DNA of 64,000 bases from an uncultured archaeon (GCA_964558645.1 CAZLEV010000001.1:253568-317567), one strand, 5' to 3'; numbered from the stretch's first letter, positions 9,456 through 19,748 are shown. The notes: generated from the letters alone by a model not told the origin. Numbers and translations are program-made.

Positions 9456-11471
9456 TTGGGTCCCAAGGGCGTGACTGGATTGAACCCCGAAGAGAAGGCA
9501 GATCGGCATTATGATACTAGCCCCCGCTATGCTGCTCTCGTCAAGAACATGGTGAATGCCTTCGCTCGACACAGAATCATCACAGATGATGAGGGACGAC
9601 CAATTGACTACGAGTTTCTCGAGGTGAATGGTTCCTTCGAGGACATGACCGGACTCAAGAGAAAACAGGTGCTGGGACGACGTGTGAGTGAGTGCATTCC
9701 AGGGATCAGGGAGGACGAGTTCGATTGGATCGGGACATACGGAGAGGTGGCTCTGACCGGTAAGAGCATATCCTTTGACCAGTATTCTAAACCGCTTGAC
9801 CGATGGTATTCAGTCACCGCTTTCAGCCCTCAGAAGGGAGAGTTCGTGACCATCTTCACTGAGATCACCGAACATGTGAAGACCGAGGAACATCTACGAA
9901 GGACTCTGGAGGAGCTCGAACGGCTTGACAGGGCCTATCGAGTGCTAAGCCGGGGAAACCAGACCATGCTCAAGGCTCAGGAAGAAGACAGACTCTTGGA
10001 TGATGTCTGTCGAGTAGTAGTGGAGAATGGAGGATACCCACTGGCCTGGATTGGGTACTTGGGTGACAATCAGGGACAGACCGCAACCCCAATGGGTGTC
10101 TACGGTAAGGACTACGGTTTCGTTAAACAGACCATACGCGTCATGGACAGAGACCCTGGCGAAACCCCCTGTGGACTAGCACTGAAGAAAGGAAAACCCT
10201 TCGTCCATCGTGAGTCGGACCACCGACCTAGTTATTGGTGGGGGCGAGTGATGAAGCAACACGGTTTCGAGTCGGTCACTATATTCCCATTGAAGGTGGC
10301 AGGGAGCATGATAGGATTCCTCAGCATCTACTCACACGAACCGAGTGCATTCGCGATGGAGGAGGTCGCAGTTCTAGAGGAGCTATCGCGTGACCTTTCT
10401 TATGGCATAGAAATGGTGAGAACTCGAGAGGAACGCAATGGTCTTCAATGGGAGATAAATAGGAAGTCTGTGTTCCTCGAAGCAATCCTCAACTCTACAC
10501 GGGATGGACTGCTGGTGGTGAGTAACGATAGGGAGGTGCTCTACACCAATGAGCGCTTTCTTGATCTCTGGAAGATTCCGAGGAGTATCGCGGAGTATGC
10601 GAACGACTATGAGCTCATCAGCCATGTGAGAGAGCAGCTGATCGATCCTGATGAGTTTGAGCAAAGGATTGCCGATATGATGAGCTCCACAGATTCCTCC
10701 GTCGATGTCCTTCATTTCAAAGACGGTCGCGTGTTCAACCGCGCGTCACAGCCACTGCTCCATGAGGGTAAGATGATAGGACGGGTCTGGAGTTTCACTG
10801 ATGTCACACCGATTGCCCGTGCCAGGAGTACAGCTGAACTCTATTTGGACCTCCTCACCCATGATATCAGAAACGCCATGCAGGGTATCAGTCTTGGAAC
10901 AGGTCTCATTGATGCCGCCGAAGATGATCAAGGACTGGTGGACTCTGCTCTTGAGCAGATACAAGAGGCAACGGACAGATGCATTCGACTCATTTCGAAG
11001 GCTCAGAGCATAAAAGGGATCGGGGCCGAGCCCCTGCGGAGGGTATCGTTGAGTCAGGCCGTGCGAGAATGCACTGAGGCTCTTCGGGCAGAGTGGCGAG
11101 ATACTAATGTGAGTGTTGAGATCTCGGATGATTCCGCTACTATTATGGCCGACTCTTATCTCGATAGGCTCATCATGAATCTACTGGAGAATGCAGTCGA
11201 ACACAACGACAGGGAATCACGAGAAGTGCATGTGCGCCTTGAACAGCTGGGGCCGGGATTCGAGCTCTCCATAGCGGACAACGGGCCGGGAATTCCCCCG
11301 CAAAGACGGGAGGAGTTGCTTGACCCAGATAGACGGTATGGTGGGGTCGGACTGCACATCGTATCACAGATAGTGGAGAAGTACGGCGGACAGATGGCGA
11401 TAGATGCTCGGAAAAAGGATGAACCATCTGCTGGGTCAGTGGTGAGAGTATGGATTCCGTCGGCGATATGA
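9456..11471 (+). CDS. PAS-GAF-PAS histidine kinase
   Basis: PAS, GAF (YPLAWIG...FPLKV...FAMEEVAVLEELSRDLSYGI), HDIRN, NLLENA, DNGPGI. Confidence 0.95.
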   Translation: MGPKGVTGLNPEEKADRHYDTSPRYAALVKNMVNAFARHRIITDDEGRPIDYEFLEVNGSFEDMTGLKRKQVLGRRVSECIPGIREDEFDWIGTYGEVALTGKSISFDQYSKPLDRWYSVTAFSPQKGEFVTIFTEITEHVKTEEHLRRTLEELERLDRAYRVLSRGNQTMLKAQEEDRLLDDVCRVVVENGGYPLAWIGYLGDNQGQTATPMGVYGKDYGFVKQTIRVMDRDPGETPCGLALKKGKPFVHRESDHRPSYWWGRVMKQHGFESVTIFPLKVAGSMIGFLSIYSHEPSAFAMEEVAVLEELSRDLSYGIEMVRTREERNGLQWEINRKSVFLEAILNSTRDGLLVVSNDREVLYTNERFLDLWKIPRSIAEYANDYELISHVREQLIDPDEFEQRIADMMSSTDSSVDVLHFKDGRVFNRASQPLLHEGKMIGRVWSFTDVTPIARARSTAELYLDLLTHDIRNAMQGISLGTGLIDAAEDDQGLVDSALEQIQEATDRCIRLISKAQSIKGIGAEPLRRVSLSQAVRECTEALRAEWRDTNVSVEISDDSATIMADSYLDRLIMNLLENAVEHNDRESREVHVRLEQLGPGFELSIADNGPGIPPQRREELLDPDRRYGGVGLHIVSQIVEKYGGQMAIDARKKDEPSAGSVVRVWIPSAI

Positions 11472-11909
11472 TGGAAAGCGGGCTGCCGCCGATCATCCTA
11501 GTGCAAGAATGCAGGTTACGACCTTTCTGTTGTAACCGGTTGGATATCCAAGATCCTAGAAACCTTTAGGCCTACTGAGGGAGTAGATGATTAAGCGGAC
11601 AAACGTAGGGTCAGTGGTGGCGCTGCTCAAGAACTCAGATGTTAGGCGCGCGTGCATGGAGGTAGGGCATGGTTCCACAGCCCGTCATGACTAATATCTC
11701 ATAATAGGATATAAATGATTCCGTGACGGACGATGCCGCTTGCGGTATGGGTTTTACATATCTGACCGGCTTCCATCGGAGTCCCTCGCCGTTGATGTCA
11801 TCTCTGAAGGCACAAGCATTCCTGCACATGATAGTTGGCGGCTGACTGGTCAAACTGAGGTGACTGGATTACGTTGGATTATGGTGCCTATGATACTCCT
11901 CCGGAAGTA

Positions 11910-11923
11910 CCGTCACATGACGG
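11910..11923. promoter_or_regulatory. Palindromic operator CCGTCACATGACGG followed by TATA-like TTTTAT (11932)
   Basis: Perfect 6-bp arms; upstream of ORF 12004. Confidence 0.75.
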
Positions 11924-12003
11924 CTGATGACTTTTATCGGTGTTCTTTCAGTCCAGCATTGTCTGAATCTAGAACAACCTAGGTTCGAGCTGAGGAATTT
12001 ACA

Positions 12004-12210
12004 ATGAGTGAAAAGCAGCATAGAATTGACATTGCTTGGATCCTGGCAACTCTGGGACTTCTGGGAACTATCATGGTGGCCTTCGTGCATCTACTCACAC
12101 TTCAAGACCCTGTGAGTTCCATCGTGTACCAACTAGTGTGTGTGAGCTTCATTCTCTGTGGTATCTTCTTGGCTCTATACTCTCCTCCAACTGAGGAAGT
12201 GACAGTCTAG
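12004..12210 (+). CDS. Small two-TM membrane protein
   Basis: Two hydrophobic segments; operator and TATA-like element upstream. Confidence 0.65.
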   Translation: MSEKQHRIDIAWILATLGLLGTIMVAFVHLLTLQDPVSSIVYQLVCVSFILCGIFLALYSPPTEEVTV

Positions 12211-12560
12211 CGAGCCCACCAGCCTAGGGCAATCCGCTCACCTGATTGTTTCTGGATAGTGCAGTAGTCCCCTCTAGGCAATACGGTTGGGTTCTGCGTT
12301 GTCCTTCACTCAGCTATCTGAAAGATGTCCTGATCCAGATTGCGATGGTGCAATCTCGAGGTGTCTTCGGTCATAGCTAACTAGGTGAAGAACCATCAAC
12401 TATCATTCTCTCTAAGAGAATCATCATCGAGGAAAAGAGGTACTATCGTTGCGGGGAAGAGTTCTAACATGCACGAGGAGAGAAGCAGTATTTCCAGAGA
12501 GGACATCGGCCGCGTAGGGGTCTGCGCAATGACTCCGTTGGCGAGAGGAGGGGCGACCAA

Positions 12561-12574
12561 CAGTCACACGACGG
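12561..12574. promoter_or_regulatory. Operator variant CAGTCACACGACGG
   Basis: Close match to the consensus, ~60 nt upstream of the DUF3795 gene. Confidence 0.6.
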
Positions 12575-12635
12575 CTGAAAGTAGAATAGTCCCCTTGCAC
12601 CTAGCATGTACTACTAACAAGGGAGATGGCACAAC

Positions 12636-12899
12636 ATGGATGAGAATCTACTTGCTCCGTGTGGACACTACTGTGGTTCCTGCGTAGTGTTCACAAAGGG
12701 AAAATGTCTGGGCTGTCGGGAAGAAGGAAAGAAGCGAGCTGCCGAGGGAATCGAGTTTTGTAAGATTCAGGAGTGTGCAACTCAACGGGGCGTTGCGTGT
12801 CACGAGTGTCCCGGCATGCCCTGTGACCGATATGGAGATTCGATATATAATAGCGGCTTCATCGATTGGATACGCGAGGAGCTTCAAAAGACCGCCTGA
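12636..12899 (+). CDS. DUF3795-like Cys-rich protein
   Basis: APCGHYCGSC...CLGC...CKIQEC...CHEC..MPC. Confidence 0.85.
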   Translation: MDENLLAPCGHYCGSCVVFTKGKCLGCREEGKKRAAEGIEFCKIQECATQRGVACHECPGMPCDRYGDSIYNSGFIDWIREELQKTA

Positions 12900-12936
12900 C
12901 TCAGGCGATCTCATGATTGGGATCTACATAGCATAC

Positions 12937-13417
12937 CTAAGAGTGACCATGGCACATCTTGCCATTGAGGTGGTGCACAAAGTGGTCGCCCCTTCTCTTG
13001 AACCCTAGGCGGCGGTATAGAGTAGAAGTCGCATTTGCAGCCAGGAGGAAGACTTTGTCGACACCCATATTGGCGCACTCTTCCAAGACCTGACGAATCA
13101 TCTCGCTTGCGATCCCCTGTCTTCTCCGGTGGGGCTCTACAAACAGGTTGTGAAGGTATGCATCCACACCATTCGGCCCCTTGGGTCGTTGGTAGCGTAC
13201 ACATCGATGCAAGAGCACAGCCTCCCACCACTTCCTTCTCCTTGTATGCCAGAAAGCAAATGGGTCCATCATCCCAATTCTCTTCTAGGTGCTCCCTAAC
13301 CGATGCAGCCGTCAGCTCGAGTGAGTTACTATCCCATCCCATGGTTCGGAGCAGCTCGACTCGGTGGCGTACAATGAGTTCAACATGCGTGGGGTTAGCT
13401 CGAATCACTTGAATCAT
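12937..13417 (-). pseudogene. GNAT acetyltransferase with +1 frameshift near 13177-13186
   Basis: N-half in ORF 12911..13417 and C-half (PNGVDAYLHNLFVEPHRRRQGIA) in ORF 12937..13272; collinear with intact paralog 23178..23657. Confidence 0.88.
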
Positions 13418-13479
13418 GTATCTTCCACTCTCTTGCTATTCCTGCTAGGCTTGTGACAGAATGTACATGCCATGGTAAT

Positions 13480-13529
13480 CATTCCCTCCGGGTGCCTCGA
13501 TGTTAGGTGCACCGAGGCCGGAAGAGATG
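13480..13529 (-). ncRNA. Conserved hairpin in the GNAT 5' leader (candidate cis-regulatory RNA)
   Basis: GCCUCGGUG-cacctaa-CAUCGAGGC plus outer stem; homologous hairpin at 23719-23770 with compensatory changes. Confidence 0.45.
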
Positions 13530-13641
13530 TACGGAGTCTCCCTCACGCATCCGTTTGCCCTCGGAGATAGAGAGACCCTTTCAGTGGGTCACGAAATCAT
13601 GACCAGTGTCACATCCAGGGCGAAGGGTTCTTAGTGTCCTG

Positions 13642-13655
13642 CCGGCATGTGACTG
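13642..13655. promoter_or_regulatory. Operator variant CCGGCATGTGACTG
   Basis: 225 nt upstream of the GNAT start; same position and CACTAAGAA flank as the 23884 site. Confidence 0.65.
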
Positions 13656-14181
13656 TATCGGCCGGTCGTCAGATACAATACAGCGATGCCATGAGTTCGC
13701 TCAGTTCTGTTTCGAGTATCTCGTCTACTGGGGTGGCGGTTCCAAGCAGAAACAATGTGACCGGGGACAACTGGGTTTCGGTTCTCCGTGAGGGGATCTT
13801 GGCGAGCGCGATGCCGCTTCTCTACTTGATAGACCCCCAGGATAGGTGATTCAGCCACACCATCGGCACACATCATCCAACATCATGACCTAGTCTACAG
13901 TGTGCGTTCGCTTGAGAGTTCTCCCTCTCATCTCAAGACCCGCTGTATCTGATCACCTCTGTTCTCAGCACAACAGGCCACAGAGTGATACCGAGAGAAA
14001 CACAAGACCAACCCAGATGGCTGAAAGAGACGTGAGGTGAGCCATCGAGTGTCAAGGGGAAGGGGCTCAACACTCACATCAAAGGGAACATCCTCCCTAC
14101 GCCTCCAACCCGCCGTTCCCAGTACCGTACCGGCGTCCACGCATCAAATCTCAGCCCCTACTGGGAATTCGCTCTCGCCCC

Positions 14182-17100
14182 TCATAGGTTCCTCAGAATG
14201 AGACCAGGTTCTTCGAGCATCGCCTTTTGGGCAGCCAAGTAACAGATTACGACCATGACGAGAAACTCGATGAACAGGAAGGGAAGAATCGTAGCAAGAG
14301 GGAACGCAAGCGTGTATGCACGGAGCAGTTTGAACGGCGCAAGACCAAACGTCAGTACCGTCATGGCATAACCAAAAACGGATCCGATGATGATGCTTGT
14401 CGCAGCGGATGACATGATATTTCCTGCGAACTCTCCGAAGACTAGAGCCGTGATGTGTCTTCTTGTTCCTCCAAGTGCTCGAAAGGTAGCATACTCCATC
14501 TGTTTCTCATAGATTGCGGATGTCAGAAACAGGAGAATGCAGGCAAAGCTCAACGCCATTGCCATGTATACCATGACTTCACTCAGTCCCTGCAGGCCGG
14601 ACAGGAAAAGGGCCACCGATGGGGCAAGTTTCTCCCAGTCGAGGGTTTCGATTGAGCAGGCATCAACCCCGGGCAGGTTGTCGAGATAAGAAACAACTCT
14701 CGTGTGATTGGCGAAAGGTGCCAGTCTCACAAAGAAAAGATTTATGGACCTCTTGCTCACAATACTGGTAAGAAACTCTTGATTTACTAGCGCAAACCCC
14801 CCTCTTCCTACCTGGAACCCCAAGAGCGAAACGAATGCATCTACAGGGAGGTCCGCAGTTGCTGCCATACCTAGTCCTGGTGCACTCCTCATCACACCCA
14901 CAATTTGGAATTGGTGAGTGATGAGTTGACCCATTACGTCAAGACTGACATCGATATCCTCGCCAACACTCACATTCCAGGTGTCTGCGTAATGAGAGCT
15001 GACCACAATTCCGTTGCAAGTGTTAGAGAGCGCCGTAAGGACCTCCTCAGGAGAGGAATCAATGAAGTCGCTCTGTTGCACCTTCGCGATTGTGAGGAAC
15101 TCGTCTGGTACGATACCTTCGAGGAAGAATGAGTTGGAGCCAGCAGATGCTGCAACCTCAAAAATGGGAGTTGCCTGATAGACACCGGGAACAGCGAGCA
15201 GTGTCCTTTCGAACTCGAGTTCTCCCTGTTGAACTTGGACGCGAACATCCGCTCCTATCGCATGCTGCAATTCATATCTGATGTTCTGATCCAAACTTGC
15301 ACTCTGTACCAACACGATTGTCGCCGCACTGAGTGTTAGGTTTAAGATCGCCAACAGGGGAATGAGATGCCCTTTTCGTCTCCTGAGACTCCGACTCAGA
15401 TAGAGGCTCTTCTCTCCCAGGAGGAAGCTGATTCGCTCCAAGACGAGTGCAGCTGCGCAACGGATGACTTGAGCCGAATAATAAGCGGTGAGTAGCAGAG
15501 CTCCCGAAGTCACTGCCACGCCAGCTACAGCCATGACTCCTGCAGGAAGGAGCGCCGTCGGCAAGACTACTGCGATGGTGAGCAAGGTCACAAGAATCCC
15601 CAACTGGAGCTTGATATGGTGCTCTTCGGTCGCTCCGTGTTCGACGATTGTCATAGGTTGACCGATCTCGAAGACTGCCACGTTGCGAGAAACGTGGACA
15701 AGATAGGTCGTGGGAAGTACTAGCGATATCCCTCCTGCCAGCGCAAGTGAGAGCCATGGCACTGAGAGGTTGCTCCAGTAGATCAAATACTCGGTCGGAT
15801 TAAATGTCAAGAGGCCCATCCTGGAGTCGATGAGCGGTGCTAGGATTACGGAGAGCGCGATACCGACAATGAAGGTCAGTACGGATAGTATTGAGGCCTC
15901 GCACAGGAATGTGGCCAATATCTGATTATAGGAGGCCCCCTTGGCTCTCAGGGTGCTCACCTCTCTCTTCCGCCTGCGGACTGAGATGTCTGAAGTCAAG
16001 ACTGATAGCACTAGACTCATGACCAGCAAAGGGACTACCGCAACCGTGAGTATTCTACTCTGGGAGTAGGCTGCGATAATCCTATCGAGAAACATTGTCT
16101 CAGCGACTCCGAGAGCGTTAATGGTTGGATATTCTTCCTCAATGTAGGTCATGATGTTTCGGATGTTGGCACCCATACTCTCTACACCCGCCCGAAGAAG
16201 ACTCTGTTCTGAGGTCCGGATGAAGACTCTGGGCGGAAAGAAGCCTCTATCTCGTATCTCGTTGAGATTAGCCTCCCTCACTTGATCTTGTAGCATTATG
16301 ACTGCGTCGGTAAGGCCTAAGACTTCCACAGGTTCTTCGAAGGGGTCCCAATTCTTCCGATGGATTGAGGAGAACAGCCCGCTAAGCATGGAGCGTCGTT
16401 TTATATCGAAAATGCCCGCAACTCTCAAACCGTCTATGTCAAGCTTGCCGAGTTTCTCAGGAGTTTTTGACACCGCTGGATCTCCTCCAAATCTCAGAAG
16501 GTCAAAGCTCATCTCCATGCCTGTGCGGACCGGAATCCCGTACACCTCATTGAAGAAGGATGCGAACCCGTTGGAGACGAGGACCTCTCCCAGACTCAGG
16601 GAGAACTCGCCCTCCCAGATGAACTCTCTGGACCAATAGTCGAGAGATTTGCTGTCAACAAAGATGACCCGGGTGTCTTTGAGCCCTTGTGCATAGTTCA
16701 TGTCCATCACACGATAATGGTGCCAATCGGAATCTTGCGGCATCCTGACTATGCCGATTGTAGTAGGTGAGAGGTCGGTCGATTCCACGAATATGCTCTC
16801 TTCCGCAGCCTCCTGAGCCTGGAGAAGATGTTGGATGTTCAGCTCAGAACCTGATTCTCTCAGGGCAATCTGATAGCTGCTGTCCTGAAAATAGTCGTGG
16901 GATGCAAGAGTCATCCCTGTCGAAGTCCAGATGAAGACAGTCGTAGGAATGGCAAGGCTCAGGCTCAACACGAAGACTGTGGCAATACTCTGGAGCTTGT
17001 GGTCTTTCAGAGAAGACAGCGCGTGACTTGTTGGCCAAATCAGACCGGCAACAATCGTGCTTCTCTGGTCATTTCTCGGAGCCGGCATGACCCATCCCAC
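14182..17100 (-). CDS. FtsX/MacB-type ABC transporter permease (duplicated architecture)
   Basis: RRKREVSTLRAKGAS and EYATFRALGG motifs; two large extracytoplasmic domains. Confidence 0.9.
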   Translation of the reverse strand: MGWVMPAPRNDQRSTIVAGLIWPTSHALSSLKDHKLQSIATVFVLSLSLAIPTTVFIWTSTGMTLASHDYFQDSSYQIALRESGSELNIQHLLQAQEAAEESIFVESTDLSPTTIGIVRMPQDSDWHHYRVMDMNYAQGLKDTRVIFVDSKSLDYWSREFIWEGEFSLSLGEVLVSNGFASFFNEVYGIPVRTGMEMSFDLLRFGGDPAVSKTPEKLGKLDIDGLRVAGIFDIKRRSMLSGLFSSIHRKNWDPFEEPVEVLGLTDAVIMLQDQVREANLNEIRDRGFFPPRVFIRTSEQSLLRAGVESMGANIRNIMTYIEEEYPTINALGVAETMFLDRIIAAYSQSRILTVAVVPLLVMSLVLSVLTSDISVRRRKREVSTLRAKGASYNQILATFLCEASILSVLTFIVGIALSVILAPLIDSRMGLLTFNPTEYLIYWSNLSVPWLSLALAGGISLVLPTTYLVHVSRNVAVFEIGQPMTIVEHGATEEHHIKLQLGILVTLLTIAVVLPTALLPAGVMAVAGVAVTSGALLLTAYYSAQVIRCAAALVLERISFLLGEKSLYLSRSLRRRKGHLIPLLAILNLTLSAATIVLVQSASLDQNIRYELQHAIGADVRVQVQQGELEFERTLLAVPGVYQATPIFEVAASAGSNSFFLEGIVPDEFLTIAKVQQSDFIDSSPEEVLTALSNTCNGIVVSSHYADTWNVSVGEDIDVSLDVMGQLITHQFQIVGVMRSAPGLGMAATADLPVDAFVSLLGFQVGRGGFALVNQEFLTSIVSKRSINLFFVRLAPFANHTRVVSYLDNLPGVDACSIETLDWEKLAPSVALFLSGLQGLSEVMVYMAMALSFACILLFLTSAIYEKQMEYATFRALGGTRRHITALVFGEFAGNIMSSAATSIIIGSVFGYAMTVLTFGLAPFKLLRAYTLAFPLATILPFLFIEFLVMVVICYLAAQKAMLEEPGLILRNL

Positions 17101-17361
17101 CCGTGTGTCTCCTCACATCTTCAGACTGAGACCACGGAAGCAGGTAAGAGCCTGTGCCTTCTGCGTCTTGATTTCTTCCGAGCGTTTCTGTATATGTCTG
17201 TGAGATTCAGGATAGTCACACGGCCGAGCGGGAAAGCAGTGTTCAACTGGACGTTGCCTGCATCTCTGTTTCACTGCTACTGGCGCCACATTGCAAGAAT
17301 CCCATCGATTGACTGTCTTCACCATCATCCATCAGCATGGACGAGCTCAGTGGGAATGATA

Positions 17362-17387
17362 GTAAACTTTGTACCGTCATATGACAG
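17362..17387 (-). promoter_or_regulatory. Operator CCGTCATATGACAG (17374-17387) adjoining BRE/TATA-like TACAAAGTTTAC
   Basis: The 15-mer GTAAACTTTGTACCG is identical at 17362, 19842 and 27136. Confidence 0.75.
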
Positions 17388-17476
17388 CATCCGGGTAAGC
17401 CGCAAACTCAACGCAATGTTTCTCAAGGAACACTTGGTCTCTGATGGCCCCCCTGAGCCAATTTGTATGGCTTGAC

Positions 17477-18180
17477 TCATGTTTCCAGTCGAGGAAAGGA
17501 CTCGATGATCCGACTGAGATTGATCTCCTCCCGTTTCGATTCGGGAGCCTTCCGGAAGAGCTCGAGATAAGGAACGATTGCAGCGATGAGCTTGTTCTCC
17601 GCCTTTCGGAGATGGTCTGAATGTCTGCCCTTCGTGGCATTTGATAGTATCCGTTCGTGTAGGCAGTGAGGAGCGCCTCAATCTGCTTGTCGGTGAGTTC
17701 AGAGAACAGAGCATCAGCGGTGAGGGTGAGGGAACTGGCTATGAATCCATCAAAGGGCACCTTCCTGAGGATCTCATACGTGATGTCTCGCTGATCTAGA
17801 AGACGCATAACCTCTCTTACGTCCGACTGCTTGAAAGCTATAAGCCGATAGTGTTCCCACCCCTCCATATAGACCACGGGGCTGATCTGAAGCAGATTAC
17901 AGGCGTCAAACAAGACGGTGACAGAGTTCTCAGCATTGCATTGGCAGTCCTGAATGATCGCGTGGATATTTCCACAATCCGAGAAATGTTCTATCGTTAC
18001 TCCGATTTCTGTCGCCGCCTTTAGGAGATGCTCGGTGTCCTCATCCTCCTTTGTCACGAACTCCATGATCTCATATTGCCGATTGCACCAGAGGAACATC
18101 TTGACGTCGGAGAAGTCCCGTGACAGATTGGCAAAAGGGCAGTCATGAGTCAGACGCAAGAGAATCTCGAACATCGTCAT
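17477..18180 (-). pseudogene. HTH_10 (Bat-type) regulator with a 43-nt frameshifting deletion in the HTH
   Basis: Paralog of 27638..28384; C-terminus HLRKAENKLIAAIVPYLELFRKAPESKREEINLSRIIESFPRLET is intact in another frame. Confidence 0.9.
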
Positions 18181-18231
18181 ATGACAGAATCTGTACTCAG
18201 CGCATATATGTCCTGAGTCGTCATGTGACGG
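18174..18231 (-). promoter_or_regulatory. Paired operators (18174-18187 over the ATG; 18218-18231) flanking TATA-like CATATAT
   Basis: 44-bp spacing, same as 28378/28422. Confidence 0.8.
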
Positions 18232-18413
18232 TACCATACTCCGGTGGCCATTTCTTATGATGCCGTCCCAAGACTCGGACAGGTCCTCTGTGAGAGGGGG
18301 GACTGATGCTACTGTGCGGAGATGATACCTGCTCTGTGTCGACATTGATGAACACATCAGATCCCCCCTTCAGATGCGCGATACCGATTGGAGAAGAGAG
18401 TAGACCGGTAGGA

Positions 18414-18779
18414 CTAGTCAGCATCTCTCATCTCTCTCAGCAACTGAACCGCCTTAGCGTATTTCTCGGATTTTTGCGACCAAGATGTCAGATGGTCGCA
18501 CACGAAGTCATCGCACTCCGAGCAGTGACGCAGACCATGCTGGTCAACACAGCACTTCAATATGTGGCAGTCTGGGCTCCAGTGAATCTCACGGTCGCCC
18601 GGACAACCTCGGCAGTACATCTTCTTCTCCATAGCCTCTTTGACTCCCTCCTCCGGACCGATCCACTCCATACTCCGGTACCACTCAATCACTCTCTTGG
18701 CAGCCGATGTATCGGACGGCAAGAGTCGAATGTCACACTTCTCGCAGTCGATGCCGCAGGGCGCAATCATACTATCCAT
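18414..18779 (-). CDS. DUF3795-like Cys-rich protein
   Basis: IAPCGIDCEKC...CRGC...DCHILKCC...HCSECDDFVC. Confidence 0.88.
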   Translation of the reverse strand: MDSMIAPCGIDCEKCDIRLLPSDTSAAKRVIEWYRSMEWIGPEEGVKEAMEKKMYCRGCPGDREIHWSPDCHILKCCVDQHGLRHCSECDDFVCDHLTSWSQKSEKYAKAVQLLREMRDAD

Positions 18780-18836
18780 GTCATATCACCTCCCACTCAA
18801 TCTGAAACTCAGAGCAGGAGAGTCTGCTCCAGTAAG

Positions 18837-18850
18837 TGGTCAGTTGACAG
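18837..18850. promoter_or_regulatory. Operator variant TGGTCAGTTGACAG
   Basis: GTCA-NN-TGAC core, 58 nt upstream of the DUF3795 start. Confidence 0.5.
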
Positions 18851-18875
18851 AGCTGTGCTATGTTCCGGACCTTCA

Positions 18876-19748
18876 TCAGCATCTATCACCACTATTCTCT
18901 TTTCTCAAGGTATTTCCCAGAGGTTGCAGAAGCTCCTCAAGAGAACCTAGTTCCAAATCGGGGATAATCACATCCCTGTAAGGTTCGTTTATGCTCCTAG
19001 TTGCAGGTCTCTCTATAAGTATCGACATGATTCCCGCGGCGTTTGCCCCAGCGATGTCGGTCTCAAGCAGGTTGCCAACCATCACCGTTTCATCGGGCGA
19101 GAACCCTGTCTTCTGGAGCAGTCTGCGGAAGGAGTCAGGAGATGGTTTACAGACCGTTGCAGCTCTGACACCGGCAGAGAACTCGATTGCTGCGACTAGA
19201 GCTCTGGGACCGATGGTGATCTCCTCATTTCCGAGGTATCTGGTCTGACAGATGGGTCGCTCATCTATATATAGAAGCCGAGCCCCATCTCTCACAAGTC
19301 GCACGGCAAAGGAGACCTCCTGAACCGTGAGCCCTCGATTCAGACCAACGATAACGAAGTCTGCTGGAGGGTTGACCACCACCTCTGCACCCTGAGCCAC
19401 AAGGTCCTCATGCATTGCACTCTCCCCAATTGCAAAACACCGTGCCCCGTCCTTCTCTGAGCTAATGTACTGCGCAGTCACTGACGAACCAGTGAAGACG
19501 AGATCTTGGGTAATCTTGAAGCCGGTCCTGTTCATCGCTTCCGTGATCTCTCGAACCGACATGAAGCATATGTTCGAATAGAGTGCGGTCGTCTTTCCGC
19601 ATGTCTGGAGAAGCCCATAGAGTGCAAGTGCGTCATCATAGAGCTCAGGACCGGTCAGGGATTTCCAGAGTGTTCCTCCTATGTCAAAGATCCAGAAATC
19701 CTTACGAACAGCACCGACCAATTCCCGGCAGATATCCGCCGTCTTCAT
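18876..19748 (-). CDS. HAD-IIA (NagD-like) hydrolase with atypical catalytic motifs
   Basis: FDIGGTL, SN, CKP, GNLLETDIAGA. Confidence 0.85.
   Translation of the reverse strand: MKTADICRELVGAVRKDFWIFDIGGTLWKSLTGPELYDDALALYGLLQTCGKTTALYSNICFMSVREITEAMNRTGFKITQDLVFTGSSVTAQYISSEKDGARCFAIGESAMHEDLVAQGAEVVVNPPADFVIVGLNRGLTVQEVSFAVRLVRDGARLLYIDERPICQTRYLGNEEITIGPRALVAAIEFSAGVRAATVCKPSPDSFRRLLQKTGFSPDETVMVGNLLETDIAGANAAGIMSILIERPATRSINEPYRDVIIPDLELGSLEELLQPLGNTLRKENSGDRC

Noticed and set aside
13177-13186. Programmed frameshift in the GNAT gene (ACC CAA GGG G)
   Set aside because: No canonical slippery heptamer, and the intact paralog has no shift; a mutation or sequencing error is simpler
17377-18357. 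326-aa ORF as a full-length regulator
   Set aside because: The N-extension crosses the promoter and the C-tail is out-of-frame readthrough after the deletion
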